A DNA stretch of 64,000 nt from assembly GCA_963768975.1 (NCBI GenBank), contig CAVYKB010000019.1, positions 198,688 through 262,687 of the forward strand. The letters are read 5' to 3'. Shown piece by piece: positions 8,361 to 19,184 of this stretch (within the stretch, counting starts at the first letter, position 1; each line of letters starts with the position of its first letter). Made by a program: the position numbers and the translations under genes. Below the pieces are notes generated by a model. That model did not search any database. It saw nothing but the letters and a program-made list of their open reading frames with translations, and was not told the DNA's origin. The DNA is from an uncultured Acidimicrobiia bacterium (lineage in GTDB: Bacteria; Actinomycetota; Acidimicrobiia; Acidimicrobiales; AC-14).

Positions 8361-8873
8361 ATGGCCCTGCAACCCCTCAGCAACGCCGGCTGGGGGTTCG
8401 AGACCAACTGCTTCGTGTGCGAGCCCTCGAACCCGCATGGCCTGCGGGTCCCGTACTTCCTCGACGACGAAGCCGCCATCGTGGTCGCCGAGTTCACCCT
8501 GGGCGTCGAGCACTCCGGCGCCCCCCACTACATCCATGGCGGGGTGCTGCTCGCCATCCTCGACGAGGCCATGGCGTGGGCGGCCATTGCCATCGGCGGG
8601 CGGTTCGCCGTCGTGCAGTCCACTGCCACCACCTTCGACCGCCCGGTGCGCATCGACGAACCCCACCACGTCGAGGCGTCGATCCACTCTCGCACCGACA
8701 CCGCGGTGACGGCCCGGGCCGCGGTCACCGATGCCGGCGGCCGTCGCTGCGCCCGGGCCCGGGCCCGCCTGGTGGTGCTCTCCACCGCGGTGGCCGGCGC
8801 CGCCATCGGCCCGGTGACCGGGGCCGACATCCGCTACCTCCGCTCCGTCCCTCCCGAGGAGAACCAAGAATGA
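8361..8873 (+). CDS. PaaI/hotdog-fold acyl-CoA thioesterase family protein
   Basis: Motif HYIHGGVLLAILDEAMAWAA, typical of the 4HBT/PaaI family. Confidence 0.75.
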   Translation: MALQPLSNAGWGFETNCFVCEPSNPHGLRVPYFLDDEAAIVVAEFTLGVEHSGAPHYIHGGVLLAILDEAMAWAAIAIGGRFAVVQSTATTFDRPVRIDEPHHVEASIHSRTDTAVTARAAVTDAGGRRCARARARLVVLSTAVAGAAIGPVTGADIRYLRSVPPEENQE

Positions 8874-9196
8874 GCGCCCCCATGATCAGCATCGACGAAC
8901 TGGCGGCGGCCCGTGCCGCCGGCCCGGTTGCGTTGGTGGACGTGCGCCAGCCCGAGGAGTACGAAGCGGCCCACGTCCCGGGGGCCAAGCTGATCCCGCT
9001 GGCCGACGTGGTGGCCCGCACCGGCGAGATCCCCAAGCAGGGCCCGGTCTACGTCATCTGCCACACCGGGCCCCGCAGCCAGCGGGCGGCGGACTACTAC
9101 CGCAACCTCGGCATCGAGGCCTACAACGTCGACGGCGGCACCCAGGCGTGGGCCGAGGCCGGCCTGGAGGTTACTCAGGGGCCCCTGCCCGGCTGA
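8870..9196 (+). CDS. rhodanese-domain sulfurtransferase
   Basis: Active-site region VYVICHTGPRSQRAADYY (Cys loop). ATG at 8870 overlaps the thioesterase stop (ATGA). Confidence 0.8.
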   Translation: MSAPMISIDELAAARAAGPVALVDVRQPEEYEAAHVPGAKLIPLADVVARTGEIPKQGPVYVICHTGPRSQRAADYYRNLGIEAYNVDGGTQAWAEAGLEVTQGPLPG

Positions 9197-9257
9197 GAAG
9201 TCCGTTTCGCCGCCGCGGGCACCTACGAGCGGTCCGTCGCCTGATCCTCGCCCTCGG

Positions 9258-10889
<1,632 letters not shown>

Positions 10890-10943
10890 CCCGCTCCTTC
10901 CCGCTCGGCTTCAAGGGTAGCCCGCAAGGAGGGCGCCGGCCTG

Positions 10944-12191
10944 TTACACCAGGAAGCGGAAAGCCGGGGAGCCGGCCGACAGGCGCTCGATGTGGATGCC
11001 GCTGGCGTCCATCCGGGCCAGCAGGGGGCCCAGGTCTTCCTTGGCCGCCAACTCGATTCCCACCAGCGCCGGCCCGATCTCCCGGTTGTTCTTCTTGACG
11101 TACTCGAACAGGGTGATGTCGTCACCGGGGCCGAGGACGTTGTCGAGGAACCCGCGCAGGGCGCCGGGCTCCTGGGGGAACTCGACGAGGAAGTAGTGCT
11201 TCAGGCCCTCGTGGACCAAGGAGCGCTCGACGACCTCGCCGTAGCGGCTGACGTCGTTGTTGCCGCCGGAGAGGACGCAGACGACCGTCGCCCCGCTGGG
11301 TACCTCCAGCCCCCCGGCCAGGGCGGCGACGGCCAGGGCGCCGGCGGGCTCGGCGATGATCCCGTCACGCTGGTAGAGCTGGAGCATGGTGGTGCACACG
11401 CCGCCCTCGGGCACCGTCATCACCTCGTCGACCAGCTTCTGGATGAGCTCGAAGGTGTAGGCGCCGGCCCGGCGGACGGCGGCGCCGTCCACGAAGCTGT
11501 CGATGGAGTCCAGGGTGACCGGCCCGCCGGCGTCGAGCGCGGCGCGCATGCTGGCCGCTCCCGCCGGCTCCGCGCCCACCACCCGGGGCCGGGGCACGAG
11601 GCCGGCGACGGCGGCGGCCATGCCGGCCAACAGCCCACCGCCACCCACGGGGATGACGAGGAGGTCGGGTGGCCGGCCGAGCTGGTCGACGATCTCCAGG
11701 GCCACCGTGCCCTGGCCGGCGATCACCCGGGGCTCGTCGAACGGGGGGACCAGGACGGCGCCTTCCTTGGCCGCCAGCAGGCTGGCGAACTCATGGGCGT
11801 CGTCGTAGGTGTGGCCCTCGACGACGATGGTCGTCAGCGGCCCGCCCAGGGCGGCGATCTGCTCCCGCTTCTGGCGCGGCGTCGTGCGGGGGAGCACCAC
11901 CCGGCAGGGGACTCCCATGCGCCGGCAGGTGTAGGCCACGCCCTGCCCGTGGTTGCCGGCGCTGGCACAGACCACCCCTCCGGCCCGCTCCTCCTCGCTG
12001 AGCGAGGCGATGAAGTTGTAGGCGCCCCGGAGCTTGTAGGACCGCACCGGCTGGAGGTCCTCCCGCTTCAGCCAGACCTCGGCCCCGTACTGCTCCGACA
12101 GCCGCTCGTTGCGCTCCAGCGGGGTCCGGGCCACGACGTCACGCAGCCGCTCGGCCGCAGCCCTGACGTCGTCCTCGGTCATGGGCACCAT
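10944..12191 (-). CDS. ilvA: threonine ammonia-lyase (threonine dehydratase), short form with a single C-terminal regulatory domain
   Basis: PLP motif SYKLRGAYN, Gly-rich GGGGL loop, 415 aa. Confidence 0.9.
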   Translation of the reverse strand: MVPMTEDDVRAAAERLRDVVARTPLERNERLSEQYGAEVWLKREDLQPVRSYKLRGAYNFIASLSEEERAGGVVCASAGNHGQGVAYTCRRMGVPCRVVLPRTTPRQKREQIAALGGPLTTIVVEGHTYDDAHEFASLLAAKEGAVLVPPFDEPRVIAGQGTVALEIVDQLGRPPDLLVIPVGGGGLLAGMAAAVAGLVPRPRVVGAEPAGAASMRAALDAGGPVTLDSIDSFVDGAAVRRAGAYTFELIQKLVDEVMTVPEGGVCTTMLQLYQRDGIIAEPAGALAVAALAGGLEVPSGATVVCVLSGGNNDVSRYGEVVERSLVHEGLKHYFLVEFPQEPGALRGFLDNVLGPGDDITLFEYVKKNNREIGPALVGIELAAKEDLGPLLARMDASGIHIERLSAGSPAFRFLV

Positions 12192-12193
12192 TC

Positions 12194-13723
12194 CTACTCG
12201 ACGGGCGTCAGGACCACCGCCGCATTGCCGGGCAGCCGGCTGCGGAACACCTCACCCTCAACCAGACCATCGCTGTCGACCTCGACCCGCCACCTCTCCT
12301 CGAGGTGCACGTCGGCCGGCTCGGCCGTGAAGTTCACCACCACCGCCCGCCGGTCGTCGCCCTGCCGGCGCTCGTAGGCCAGCACGCCGGCCGGCGCCCC
12401 CAGCGCGGTCCACGACCCGGTGGCCAGGGCTGGGCTGGCCCGGCGGGCGGCGAGCAGCCGCCGGTAGAGATGCAGGATCGACGACTCCTGGTCCGCAAGG
12501 GCGGCGACGTTGCGCGTCTGCGGCTCGGGCGACCACGGCAGCCACGGCTCGTCGCCGGCCCAGCCGTGGCCCGGCGAGCGGTCCCAGGGCATGGGGGACC
12601 GGCACCCGTCCCGCCCGCCGGGGTCGACCACCCGCTCGGGCGGCACGGCGGCGTCCTCCAGGCCCAGCTCCTCGCCGTAGTAGGCGAACGGCGCGCCGCG
12701 GAGGGTGAGAAGGAGGACCGCAGCGGCCCGGGCCCGGCGCTCGGAGCCGCCGTAGCGGGTGCGGTGGCGGGGGTTGTCGTGGTTCGACAGGGTCCACGTG
12801 GGCCAGGCGCCCCGGGCGCCGAACTCCGCCTCGACCTCCTCGATGCACGCCCGCCAGGCGCCGGCGTCCCAGGGCGCGTAGAGGGAGGTGAAGTCGAAGG
12901 CCAGGTGCAGCTCGTCGCCGGCGCCGACGTAGCCGGCCACCGTGCGGGTCGACAGGAGGTACACCTCGCCCACCAGGACCCGGTCGGGCTGGTAGGCGTC
13001 GGCCAGCCGGCGCAGGCCCCGCAACACCTCGTGGGTGTCGGCGCAGTCGTTGACCGCGGCGTGGGGGAGGACCTGTCCCGGCGGGTCGTCGGGCCACGAA
13101 GTGTCCTTGGTCAGGCCCTGGACCACGTCGATGCGGAAGCCGTCGACCCCCCGGTCCAGCCAGAAGCGCAGCGTCTCGTGCATGGCCTCGGCCAGCTCAG
13201 GGTTCCGCCAGTTGACGTCGGGTTGGGTGGGAAGGAACAGGTGGAGGTACCACTGGCCGGTGGCGTCGTCCCAGGTCCAGGTGTCGCCGCCGAACGCCGC
13301 CTTCCAGTTGTTCGGCTTCACCCCGGGGTCCCCGTCGACCCACAGGTACCAGTCGCGCTTCGCGCTGTCCCGGCTCGACCTTGCCTCTCTGAACCACGGG
13401 TGCTGGTCCGAGGTGTGGTTGGGGACCCAGTCGACGATCACCCGGATCCCCCGCCCGTGGGCCTCGGCGACCACCCGGTCGAAGTCCTCGAGCGTGCCGA
13501 ACAGGGGATCGACGTCGCAGTAGTCGCTGACGTCGTAGCCGAAGTCGGTCATGGGCGACCGGTAGAACGGGCAGATCCAGATGGCGTCGACCCCGAGCCA
13601 CTGCAGGTGGTCGAGGCGGCCCCGCAGGCCCTCGAGGTCGCCGACCCCGTCACCGTCGGAGTCCGCGAAGGACCGGGGGTACACCTGGTAGAAGACGGCG
13701 GACTTCCACCACGGGTCGGCCAT
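12194..13723 (-). CDS. GH13 alpha-glucosidase / oligo-1,6-glucosidase-family glycosidase
   Basis: Motifs AVFYQVYPRSFADSDGDGVGDL, GIRVIVDWVPNHTS and GVDGFRIDV, all GH13 catalytic regions. It sits 2 bp from ilvA. Confidence 0.85.
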   Translation of the reverse strand: MADPWWKSAVFYQVYPRSFADSDGDGVGDLEGLRGRLDHLQWLGVDAIWICPFYRSPMTDFGYDVSDYCDVDPLFGTLEDFDRVVAEAHGRGIRVIVDWVPNHTSDQHPWFREARSSRDSAKRDWYLWVDGDPGVKPNNWKAAFGGDTWTWDDATGQWYLHLFLPTQPDVNWRNPELAEAMHETLRFWLDRGVDGFRIDVVQGLTKDTSWPDDPPGQVLPHAAVNDCADTHEVLRGLRRLADAYQPDRVLVGEVYLLSTRTVAGYVGAGDELHLAFDFTSLYAPWDAGAWRACIEEVEAEFGARGAWPTWTLSNHDNPRHRTRYGGSERRARAAAVLLLTLRGAPFAYYGEELGLEDAAVPPERVVDPGGRDGCRSPMPWDRSPGHGWAGDEPWLPWSPEPQTRNVAALADQESSILHLYRRLLAARRASPALATGSWTALGAPAGVLAYERRQGDDRRAVVVNFTAEPADVHLEERWRVEVDSDGLVEGEVFRSRLPGNAAVVLTPVE

Positions 13724-13757
13724 GGCCGGCGATGGTAGGCGCGGCCGGCGCCGGCCC

Positions 13758-14138
13758 TCAGGAGATGACGAAGACCTCGTGCAGCCCGGTGATCTCCAGC
13801 ACCTTGCGGGTGCTGGGCGACGGCGAGCGCAGGGCCATCTCTCCGCCTTGCTGGCGGACCCGCTTCAGGCAGGTGATGAGGACCGAGAGCCCGGTGGAGT
13901 CGATGAAGCCCAGTTGGCTGAGGTCGACGACGATCTCCGAGCCCCCGCCGTCGGTCAGGCGCAGCAGCTCCTCCCGGAGCTGGGGCGCGGTCGACATGTC
14001 GAGCTCGCCGAGCAGGTGGATCTCGTACTTCCGGTCTGCTCCGGAGACTGAGACCTGGAGCTCGCCGGGATTGACCGCCACCGGCCGATCACCGCGCTCG
14101 GCTGCGCCCGAGCTGAACATTGGCACCCCGCTCCCCAC
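13758..14138 (-). CDS. STAS-domain anti-sigma factor antagonist
   Basis: Motif VVDLSQLGFIDSTGLSVLI, with the conserved phosphorylatable Ser/Thr in the DSTG context. Confidence 0.8.
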   Translation of the reverse strand: MGSGVPMFSSGAAERGDRPVAVNPGELQVSVSGADRKYEIHLLGELDMSTAPQLREELLRLTDGGGSEIVVDLSQLGFIDSTGLSVLITCLKRVRQQGGEMALRSPSPSTRKVLEITGLHEVFVIS

Positions 14139-14215
14139 ATTGACGAATCAAGCGGGCTGGCTGCTCAACCTATGGTCAAATACTCCCACAAACTCTGAAA
14201 TCCGACAACGAATCT

Positions 14216-14455
14216 TCAGGAGCCGGCGGGCTCGGACGGGGGACGGAGGTCCACCCGCAGGACGAGGACACCGTCCTCCAGGGTGCCGCTGGCGTCGCCC
14301 AGCATGGCGAAGTCCTGGTAGTCGAGCTGCATCCGCTCGACGAACCGCCGGCGGTCGGCACCCTCCAACGGGGGAACCCCCCGGCTGCGCACCGCCTTGG
14401 CCCGCTCCTTGAAACGGGTGACCATGGCGTCGACGTCGAACTCTGCTTCAGCCAT
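14216..14455 (-). CDS. hypothetical small protein (79 aa)
   Basis: Coding-like composition (MAEAEFDVDAMVTRFKERAKAVRSRGVPPLEGADRRRFVERMQLDYQDFAMLGD...). The upstream 44 aa of ORF 14216..14587 were judged spurious. Confidence 0.4.
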   Translation of the reverse strand: MAEAEFDVDAMVTRFKERAKAVRSRGVPPLEGADRRRFVERMQLDYQDFAMLGDASGTLEDGVLVLRVDLRPPSEPAGS

Positions 14456-14531
14456 CCCCGCAACGCTAGTCAGTGCGGCACCTGTAGAGTGGCGTCGCAC
14501 GGTCGGCAGGACGAGTTCGGGAGCACCCAGC

Positions 14532-14714
14532 GTGAAGAAGGGACGGCACCGGCGCTTCGAGGAGGCACGCGCCCTCAAGCGCAGCACAGAGCCCAGGGTC
14601 GAGCCCTGCCCGGAGTGCGGCGCCGTCCCCGGCGATGAGCACGCATCCTGGTGCCTCTACGAGGAGGCCGAGGACGACGGCGACGACGGCGAGGAGGAAG
14701 CGCCGCTCCCCTAG
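14532..14714 (+). CDS. hypothetical small protein with a CPECG-x8-H-x3-C zinc-ribbon-like motif and an acidic tail
   Basis: GTG start preceded by GGGAG, 8 nt upstream. Basic N-terminus, C-x2-C...H...C, then EEAEDDGDDGEEE. Confidence 0.3.
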   Translation: MKKGRHRRFEEARALKRSTEPRVEPCPECGAVPGDEHASWCLYEEAEDDGDDGEEEAPLP

Positions 14715-14757
14715 GTGCCTCGAACACCTATTGGCCGGCGCCGCGGCGTAACCCAGA

Positions 14758-15672
14758 ATGGCCCCCGACAAGGGAGATGCCGTGGCCGACCGCCTACGAC
14801 TGAGTCTGTACTGCCCGAGCTGACTTCCGGGCTACCACCTGCCGTTCCTGGCGGCAGCGGCGAACGGTCTGTTCGCCTCCTTCGATCTGGACGTCGACAT
14901 CCTCGAGCCCGCGGGCGGCCCTGAGAACATCAGGCGGGTGGCCGCCGGCGGGGCCGACTTCACCCTGACCAGCGTGACCCACTACCTCACGGCGCGGGCC
15001 CAATCCGGGGATCTCTCCGCCCGCTTCGTCTCCGTCGTCGTCCGGCGCAGCCCGATGTCGGGCTTCGTCACCGCCGGTTCCCCCCTCACCACGCCGGCGG
15101 ACCTTGCCGGGCGCCGGCTGGGCGCCCCGGAGCAGAGCCGGCTGGTGAAGGAGTTCCGAGCGGGGATGGACATGCTCGGCCTGGCCCCGCCCGTGCTCGT
15201 GCCCCACGACTACAGCCTGGCGCCGGCGGCCATGGCCCGGGGCGAGGTCGACATGGTCTGCGACTTCGTCGACCTCCTGCCCCGCATCCGCCGTCAGGCC
15301 GGCGTGGCGGTGCGGGCCATCCCCCTCGGCCTCGACGTCTACTCCAGCGGGCTGGTGGCCGCCGACCGCATCCCCGACGACGTCGTCGCCCGTCTCCAGA
15401 CGGCCGTCGCCGCCGCCCTCGAGGCCCAGCGGGCCAATCCGAAGTCCGGCCTCGACGAGCTTGACCGCCGCTACCCCGACGCCGACCCCTTGGAGGCCCT
15501 CGAAGGCTGGGAGCTGGCGGCTCCCAACATCTTCACGGGCCCGACTCCGGGATCCTCCGATCCCGAGACGTGGGTCCGCACCATCGCCCACATCGCCGGC
15601 GCCCACGGGCTGTCGGCGCCTGACCCCGACACAGTGTTCCGGCGGCAACTGGTCGACGTTTCCAACCCGTAA
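14758..15672 (+). pseudogene. THI5/NMT1-like protein (SsuA/THI5 periplasmic-binding fold, no signal peptide) interrupted by an in-frame TGA at 14821-14823
   Basis: MAPDKGDAVADRLRLSLYCPS*LPGYHLPFLAAAANGLFASFDLDVDILEP aligns across the stop with the THI5 N-terminus ([37 protein letters not shown]). The frame stays open on both sides of the TGA. Confidence 0.55.
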
Positions 15673-15692
15673 CTCGCCAAAAGGAGCCGGCA

Positions 15693-17300
15693 TTGCGCAC
15701 GATCCGAAAGCTGACCGTCGTCCTGGTGATGGCGCTGGTGGCCGCGGCCTGCGGAGGTGACGACGACGACGGCGGCTCGGCCCAGACCGGCCAGACCACG
15801 CCGGCCGCCATCAACGAGAACGCAGAACTGAAGGTCGGCTTTGTCGACGACCAGTACGTGCTGGAGGGGCCCGACGCCAGCCTGGGTGCCTACCCCCTCA
15901 ACACCAACGTCCTGGAGACCCTTACCTACCTCGATGCCAACTACAAGGTGCAGCCCCGCCTGGCCGAGCGCTGGGAGTTCCGGCCGCCGAACACGTGGCG
16001 GTTCTTCCTGCGCCGGGGGGTGACCTTCCACGACGGCCAGGCATGGAACGCCCAGGCGGCCAAGGCCGGCATCTTCGACCGGGTGGCCCAGCGGCGGGGC
16101 GGCGGCACCATCAGGGCCGGCGCCAACTCCGTGGCCATCATCGACGACTTCACCCTGGACTTCACGCCTCTCACCCCAAATGTCCGGGTGCCCGAGCAGA
16201 TCGTCCATCCCAACAACGCCGCCATCGCCCCGGGGAGTGACCCGGGCAAGAAGCCGGTCGGCACCGGGCCGTTCAAGTTCGTCGAGTACCTGCCCAAGGA
16301 GCGCATCGTCGTCGAGCGCAACGCCACCTATTGGGGCGAGAAGGCCAAGGTGGCCCGCATCAACTTCCGCTTCTACCCGGACTCCAACGCCCGCCTGCTC
16401 GCCCTGCAGGCCGGCGACATCGACCTCGCCTACCAGATCCCCCGCGACGACGTGAAGGGCCTGAAGGACCGAGGGTTCACCATCCAGAACAGCCCGGTCG
16501 GCGCCTACCGCGGCATGTTCGTCAACCAGTTCGGCGATGCTCCGTTCGACATCCTGAAGGACGTCAACGTCCGCAAGGCGGTCAGCATGGCCATCGACCG
16601 CAAGGCTCTGGTCGACGGGGTGCTCTCGGGGCTGGCCACTGGCGACCAGACGTTCATCCCGCCGAGCGTGCTGGGATCGGCGGCCTCGGAGATCAAGGGC
16701 CACCCCTACGACCTGGCCGGGGCCCGAACGACCCTCGACAACGCCGGCTGGCGCGTCGGCTCCGACGGTATCCGGGAGAAGGCCGGTCGCAAGCTGAAGC
16801 TGGTGCTCGTCTCCGGCTTCCCGTCGGCCGAGGCCTTGCGGCCCACGCCGACCTTCGTGCAGTCGGAGCTGAAGAAGGTGGGTATCGACGTCGAGATCCA
16901 GGAGCGCCCCGACGCAGCGTCGTTCCAGGCCCTCATGACCGAGAAGAAGGGCGATCTGTTCATCGAGGAGGGCAACCAGAACGACGCCAACGTCGGCTTC
17001 CTCCCCGTCCTGCTGCTCTACACCGGGCCGGGATCGGCGCCGGGGCCCTACGCCGGCATCTCGGCGCCGGGAACCACGTTCAACCAGCTGATCGAGCCGA
17101 GCATCTCCGAGCCCGACCTGGCCAAGGCCCAGCTCAGCGTGGCCCGGGCCCTCAACGAGCTCATCACCAACCAGGTCACCCTCATCCCCCTGGCCGGCAT
17201 CTATCGGATCTACGGGATGAAAGCCTCCGTCCAGGGCTTCACTGCTCACCCGTCGTTCCTCAACGTCAGCTGGCTGGGCGTGGGCGTGACCGGCAGGTAG
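15693..17300 (+). CDS. ABC transporter substrate-binding lipoprotein, family 5 (peptide/nickel/opine, DppA/OppA-like)
   Basis: Lipoprotein signal MRTIRKLTVVLVMALVAAACGG, 535 aa, SBP_bac_5-like signatures. Confidence 0.85.
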   Translation: MRTIRKLTVVLVMALVAAACGGDDDDGGSAQTGQTTPAAINENAELKVGFVDDQYVLEGPDASLGAYPLNTNVLETLTYLDANYKVQPRLAERWEFRPPNTWRFFLRRGVTFHDGQAWNAQAAKAGIFDRVAQRRGGGTIRAGANSVAIIDDFTLDFTPLTPNVRVPEQIVHPNNAAIAPGSDPGKKPVGTGPFKFVEYLPKERIVVERNATYWGEKAKVARINFRFYPDSNARLLALQAGDIDLAYQIPRDDVKGLKDRGFTIQNSPVGAYRGMFVNQFGDAPFDILKDVNVRKAVSMAIDRKALVDGVLSGLATGDQTFIPPSVLGSAASEIKGHPYDLAGARTTLDNAGWRVGSDGIREKAGRKLKLVLVSGFPSAEALRPTPTFVQSELKKVGIDVEIQERPDAASFQALMTEKKGDLFIEEGNQNDANVGFLPVLLLYTGPGSAPGPYAGISAPGTTFNQLIEPSISEPDLAKAQLSVARALNELITNQVTLIPLAGIYRIYGMKASVQGFTAHPSFLNVSWLGVGVTGR

Positions 17301-17310
17301 TCGGCGGCAG

Positions 17311-18264
17311 GTGTCGTACGTCCTCCGCCGATGCCTGCTGGTCATCCCCACCCTGCTCGGCATCTCCTTCCTGGCCTTCGCCATGGCCAACCTCGCGCCC
17401 GGGGATCCGGCGGTGGAGTTCCTCCGCCGGATTTCCGACCGCCAGCCGACTCCCGAGGAGGTCCGCCAGGTCCGTGAGGAGCTCCGCCTCGACCGGTCCA
17501 TCGCCGAGCAGTACGTGGCCTGGACGGGCAGAGCAGTGCAGGGCGATCTCGGCATCTCCTACTCGACCCGCCGGCCCGTCACTACCGAGCTTGGCCACCG
17601 CATCCCGTTCACCCTCCAGCTCACTGTCCTGGCCGCCGGCCTCGCCCTGCTGATCGCCCTCCCGCTCGGAATCATCAGCGCCCTCTACCGGAACCGGCTG
17701 CTCGACCAGCTGGCGCGGGTCACCTCGCTCGCCGGCGCGTCCATGCCCAGCTTCTGGCTGGGCCTCAGCCTGATCGTGCTGTTCGCCGTCCGGTGGTCGA
17801 TGGTGCCAGTGGCGGGCCGCGGTGGTTTCGACAGCTACATCCTGCCGGTCGTCACCCTGGCTGTCGCACCCGCTGCAGTCCTGTCGCGCTTCACCCGCTC
17901 GACCATGCTCGAGATCCTCGACGACGACTACATGCGCACGGCCCACGCGAAGGGCCTGACCGCGTGGCGGGCCGTCATTACCCACGGGCTGCGCAACGCC
18001 CTGGTCCCGCTCCTCACCGCCTTCAGCATCAGCCTGGGCCACCTGCTTTCCGGCGCGGTGATCGTGGAGACGATCTTCGTGTGGCCCGGCGTGGGCAAGC
18101 TCGGCCTCGACGCCATCCAGCAGCGCGACTACCCGATGCTGCAGGGCTTCGTCCTCTACGCCGGCGCCGCCTTCGCCGCCATCAACCTGCTCGTCGACCT
18201 GGCCTACGGCGCCATCGACCCCCGCATCGCCGCCGCCGGCCGGGGCACAGGAGGGGCGGCGTGA
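17311..18264 (+). CDS. ABC transporter permease (DppB/OppB-like)
   Basis: N-terminus MSYVLRRCLLVIPTLLGISFLAFAMANLAPGDP, the canonical BPD_transp_1 start. Confidence 0.85.
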   Translation: MSYVLRRCLLVIPTLLGISFLAFAMANLAPGDPAVEFLRRISDRQPTPEEVRQVREELRLDRSIAEQYVAWTGRAVQGDLGISYSTRRPVTTELGHRIPFTLQLTVLAAGLALLIALPLGIISALYRNRLLDQLARVTSLAGASMPSFWLGLSLIVLFAVRWSMVPVAGRGGFDSYILPVVTLAVAPAAVLSRFTRSTMLEILDDDYMRTAHAKGLTAWRAVITHGLRNALVPLLTAFSISLGHLLSGAVIVETIFVWPGVGKLGLDAIQQRDYPMLQGFVLYAGAAFAAINLLVDLAYGAIDPRIAAAGRGTGGAA

Positions 18265-19172
18265 CCGCGGCCGACATTGTCTCCGCCGAGACCGCGATCG
18301 TCATCCCGACGGCGGGCGACCCCACCCATCCCCGAGGCCGGATCGTTCGCGGCCTCCTGCACGACCGCACGGCGGTCATCGGGTTCCTCCTGGTGAGCAT
18401 CCTGACCCTCGCCGCCGTGCTCGCTCCGCTGCTCAGCCCCCACGACCCCGATGCGGTCGACGTGGCCCGGAAGTTCCTCTCCCCCTCGCGCCAGTTCCCG
18501 CTCGGCACCGACCACCTGGGGCGCGACGTCTTGTCCCGCCTGCTCTTCGGCGCCCGGCTCTCCATCGGCTCCACGTGCGTGGCCGTCGTCTTCATCAGCA
18601 TCGTGGGCATCAGCGTCGGGATGCTGATCGGCTGGTTCGGCGGTGTCCTCGACACCGTCTTCGGGCGCTTCCTCGACATGTTCCTCGCCCTGCCGACGTT
18701 CCTGCTGGCGCTGGCCGTCACCGCCCTGCTCGGTCCCGGGCTGCGGAACGTGATGGTCGCCATCGTGCTGGCTTGGTGGCCCATCTACGCTCGGATCGTC
18801 CGCAGCGCGGTGTTGTCGGAGCGGTCCAAGCCGTACGTGGAGTCGGCTCGCTCCGTCGGCAGCTCGTCCTTCCGCATCATCCGCCGCCACCTCTTGCCCA
18901 ACATCCTGGGGCCGGTCATCGTGTTGACCACGCTCGACCTCGGCATCGTGATGCTGGCCATTTCCGGCCTCTCCTTCCTCGGCCTGGGCGTGTCGCCGCC
19001 GGCCTCGGAGTGGGGCGCCATGCTCTCCGAGGGTCGCACCTACCTCAGCGTGGCGCCCAACATGATGTTCTTCCCGGGCGCGGCCATCTTCTTGATGGTG
19101 CTCGGTTTCAACCTCCTGGGCGACGGCCTACGCGACGTCCTCGACCCCCGCACCCGCCAGCGCCGCAGTTGA
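18261..19172 (+). CDS. ABC transporter permease (DppC/OppC-like)
   Basis: Motifs PLGTDHLGRDVLSRLLFGARLS and EAA-type motif ESARSVGSS. GTG at 18261 overlaps the upstream stop (GTGA). Confidence 0.85.
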   Translation: MTAADIVSAETAIVIPTAGDPTHPRGRIVRGLLHDRTAVIGFLLVSILTLAAVLAPLLSPHDPDAVDVARKFLSPSRQFPLGTDHLGRDVLSRLLFGARLSIGSTCVAVVFISIVGISVGMLIGWFGGVLDTVFGRFLDMFLALPTFLLALAVTALLGPGLRNVMVAIVLAWWPIYARIVRSAVLSERSKPYVESARSVGSSSFRIIRRHLLPNILGPVIVLTTLDLGIVMLAISGLSFLGLGVSPPASEWGAMLSEGRTYLSVAPNMMFFPGAAIFLMVLGFNLLGDGLRDVLDPRTRQRRS

Positions 19173-19184
19173 ACCGCCGGCCGC

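Noticed and set aside
14588-14757. Possible TPP riboswitch upstream of the THI5-like gene
   Set aside because: The region is too short and lacks the conserved CTGAGA / ACCTGATCTGGATAATGCCAGCG core elements.
14821-14867. Selenocysteine reading of the in-frame TGA in the THI5-like gene (there is a downstream 7-bp stem)
   Set aside because: There are no selA/selB/selD/SECIS-like apical loop features in view, and this protein family has no selenoprotein precedent. A nonsense mutation or sequencing error is more likely. It is kept as a finding only for verification.
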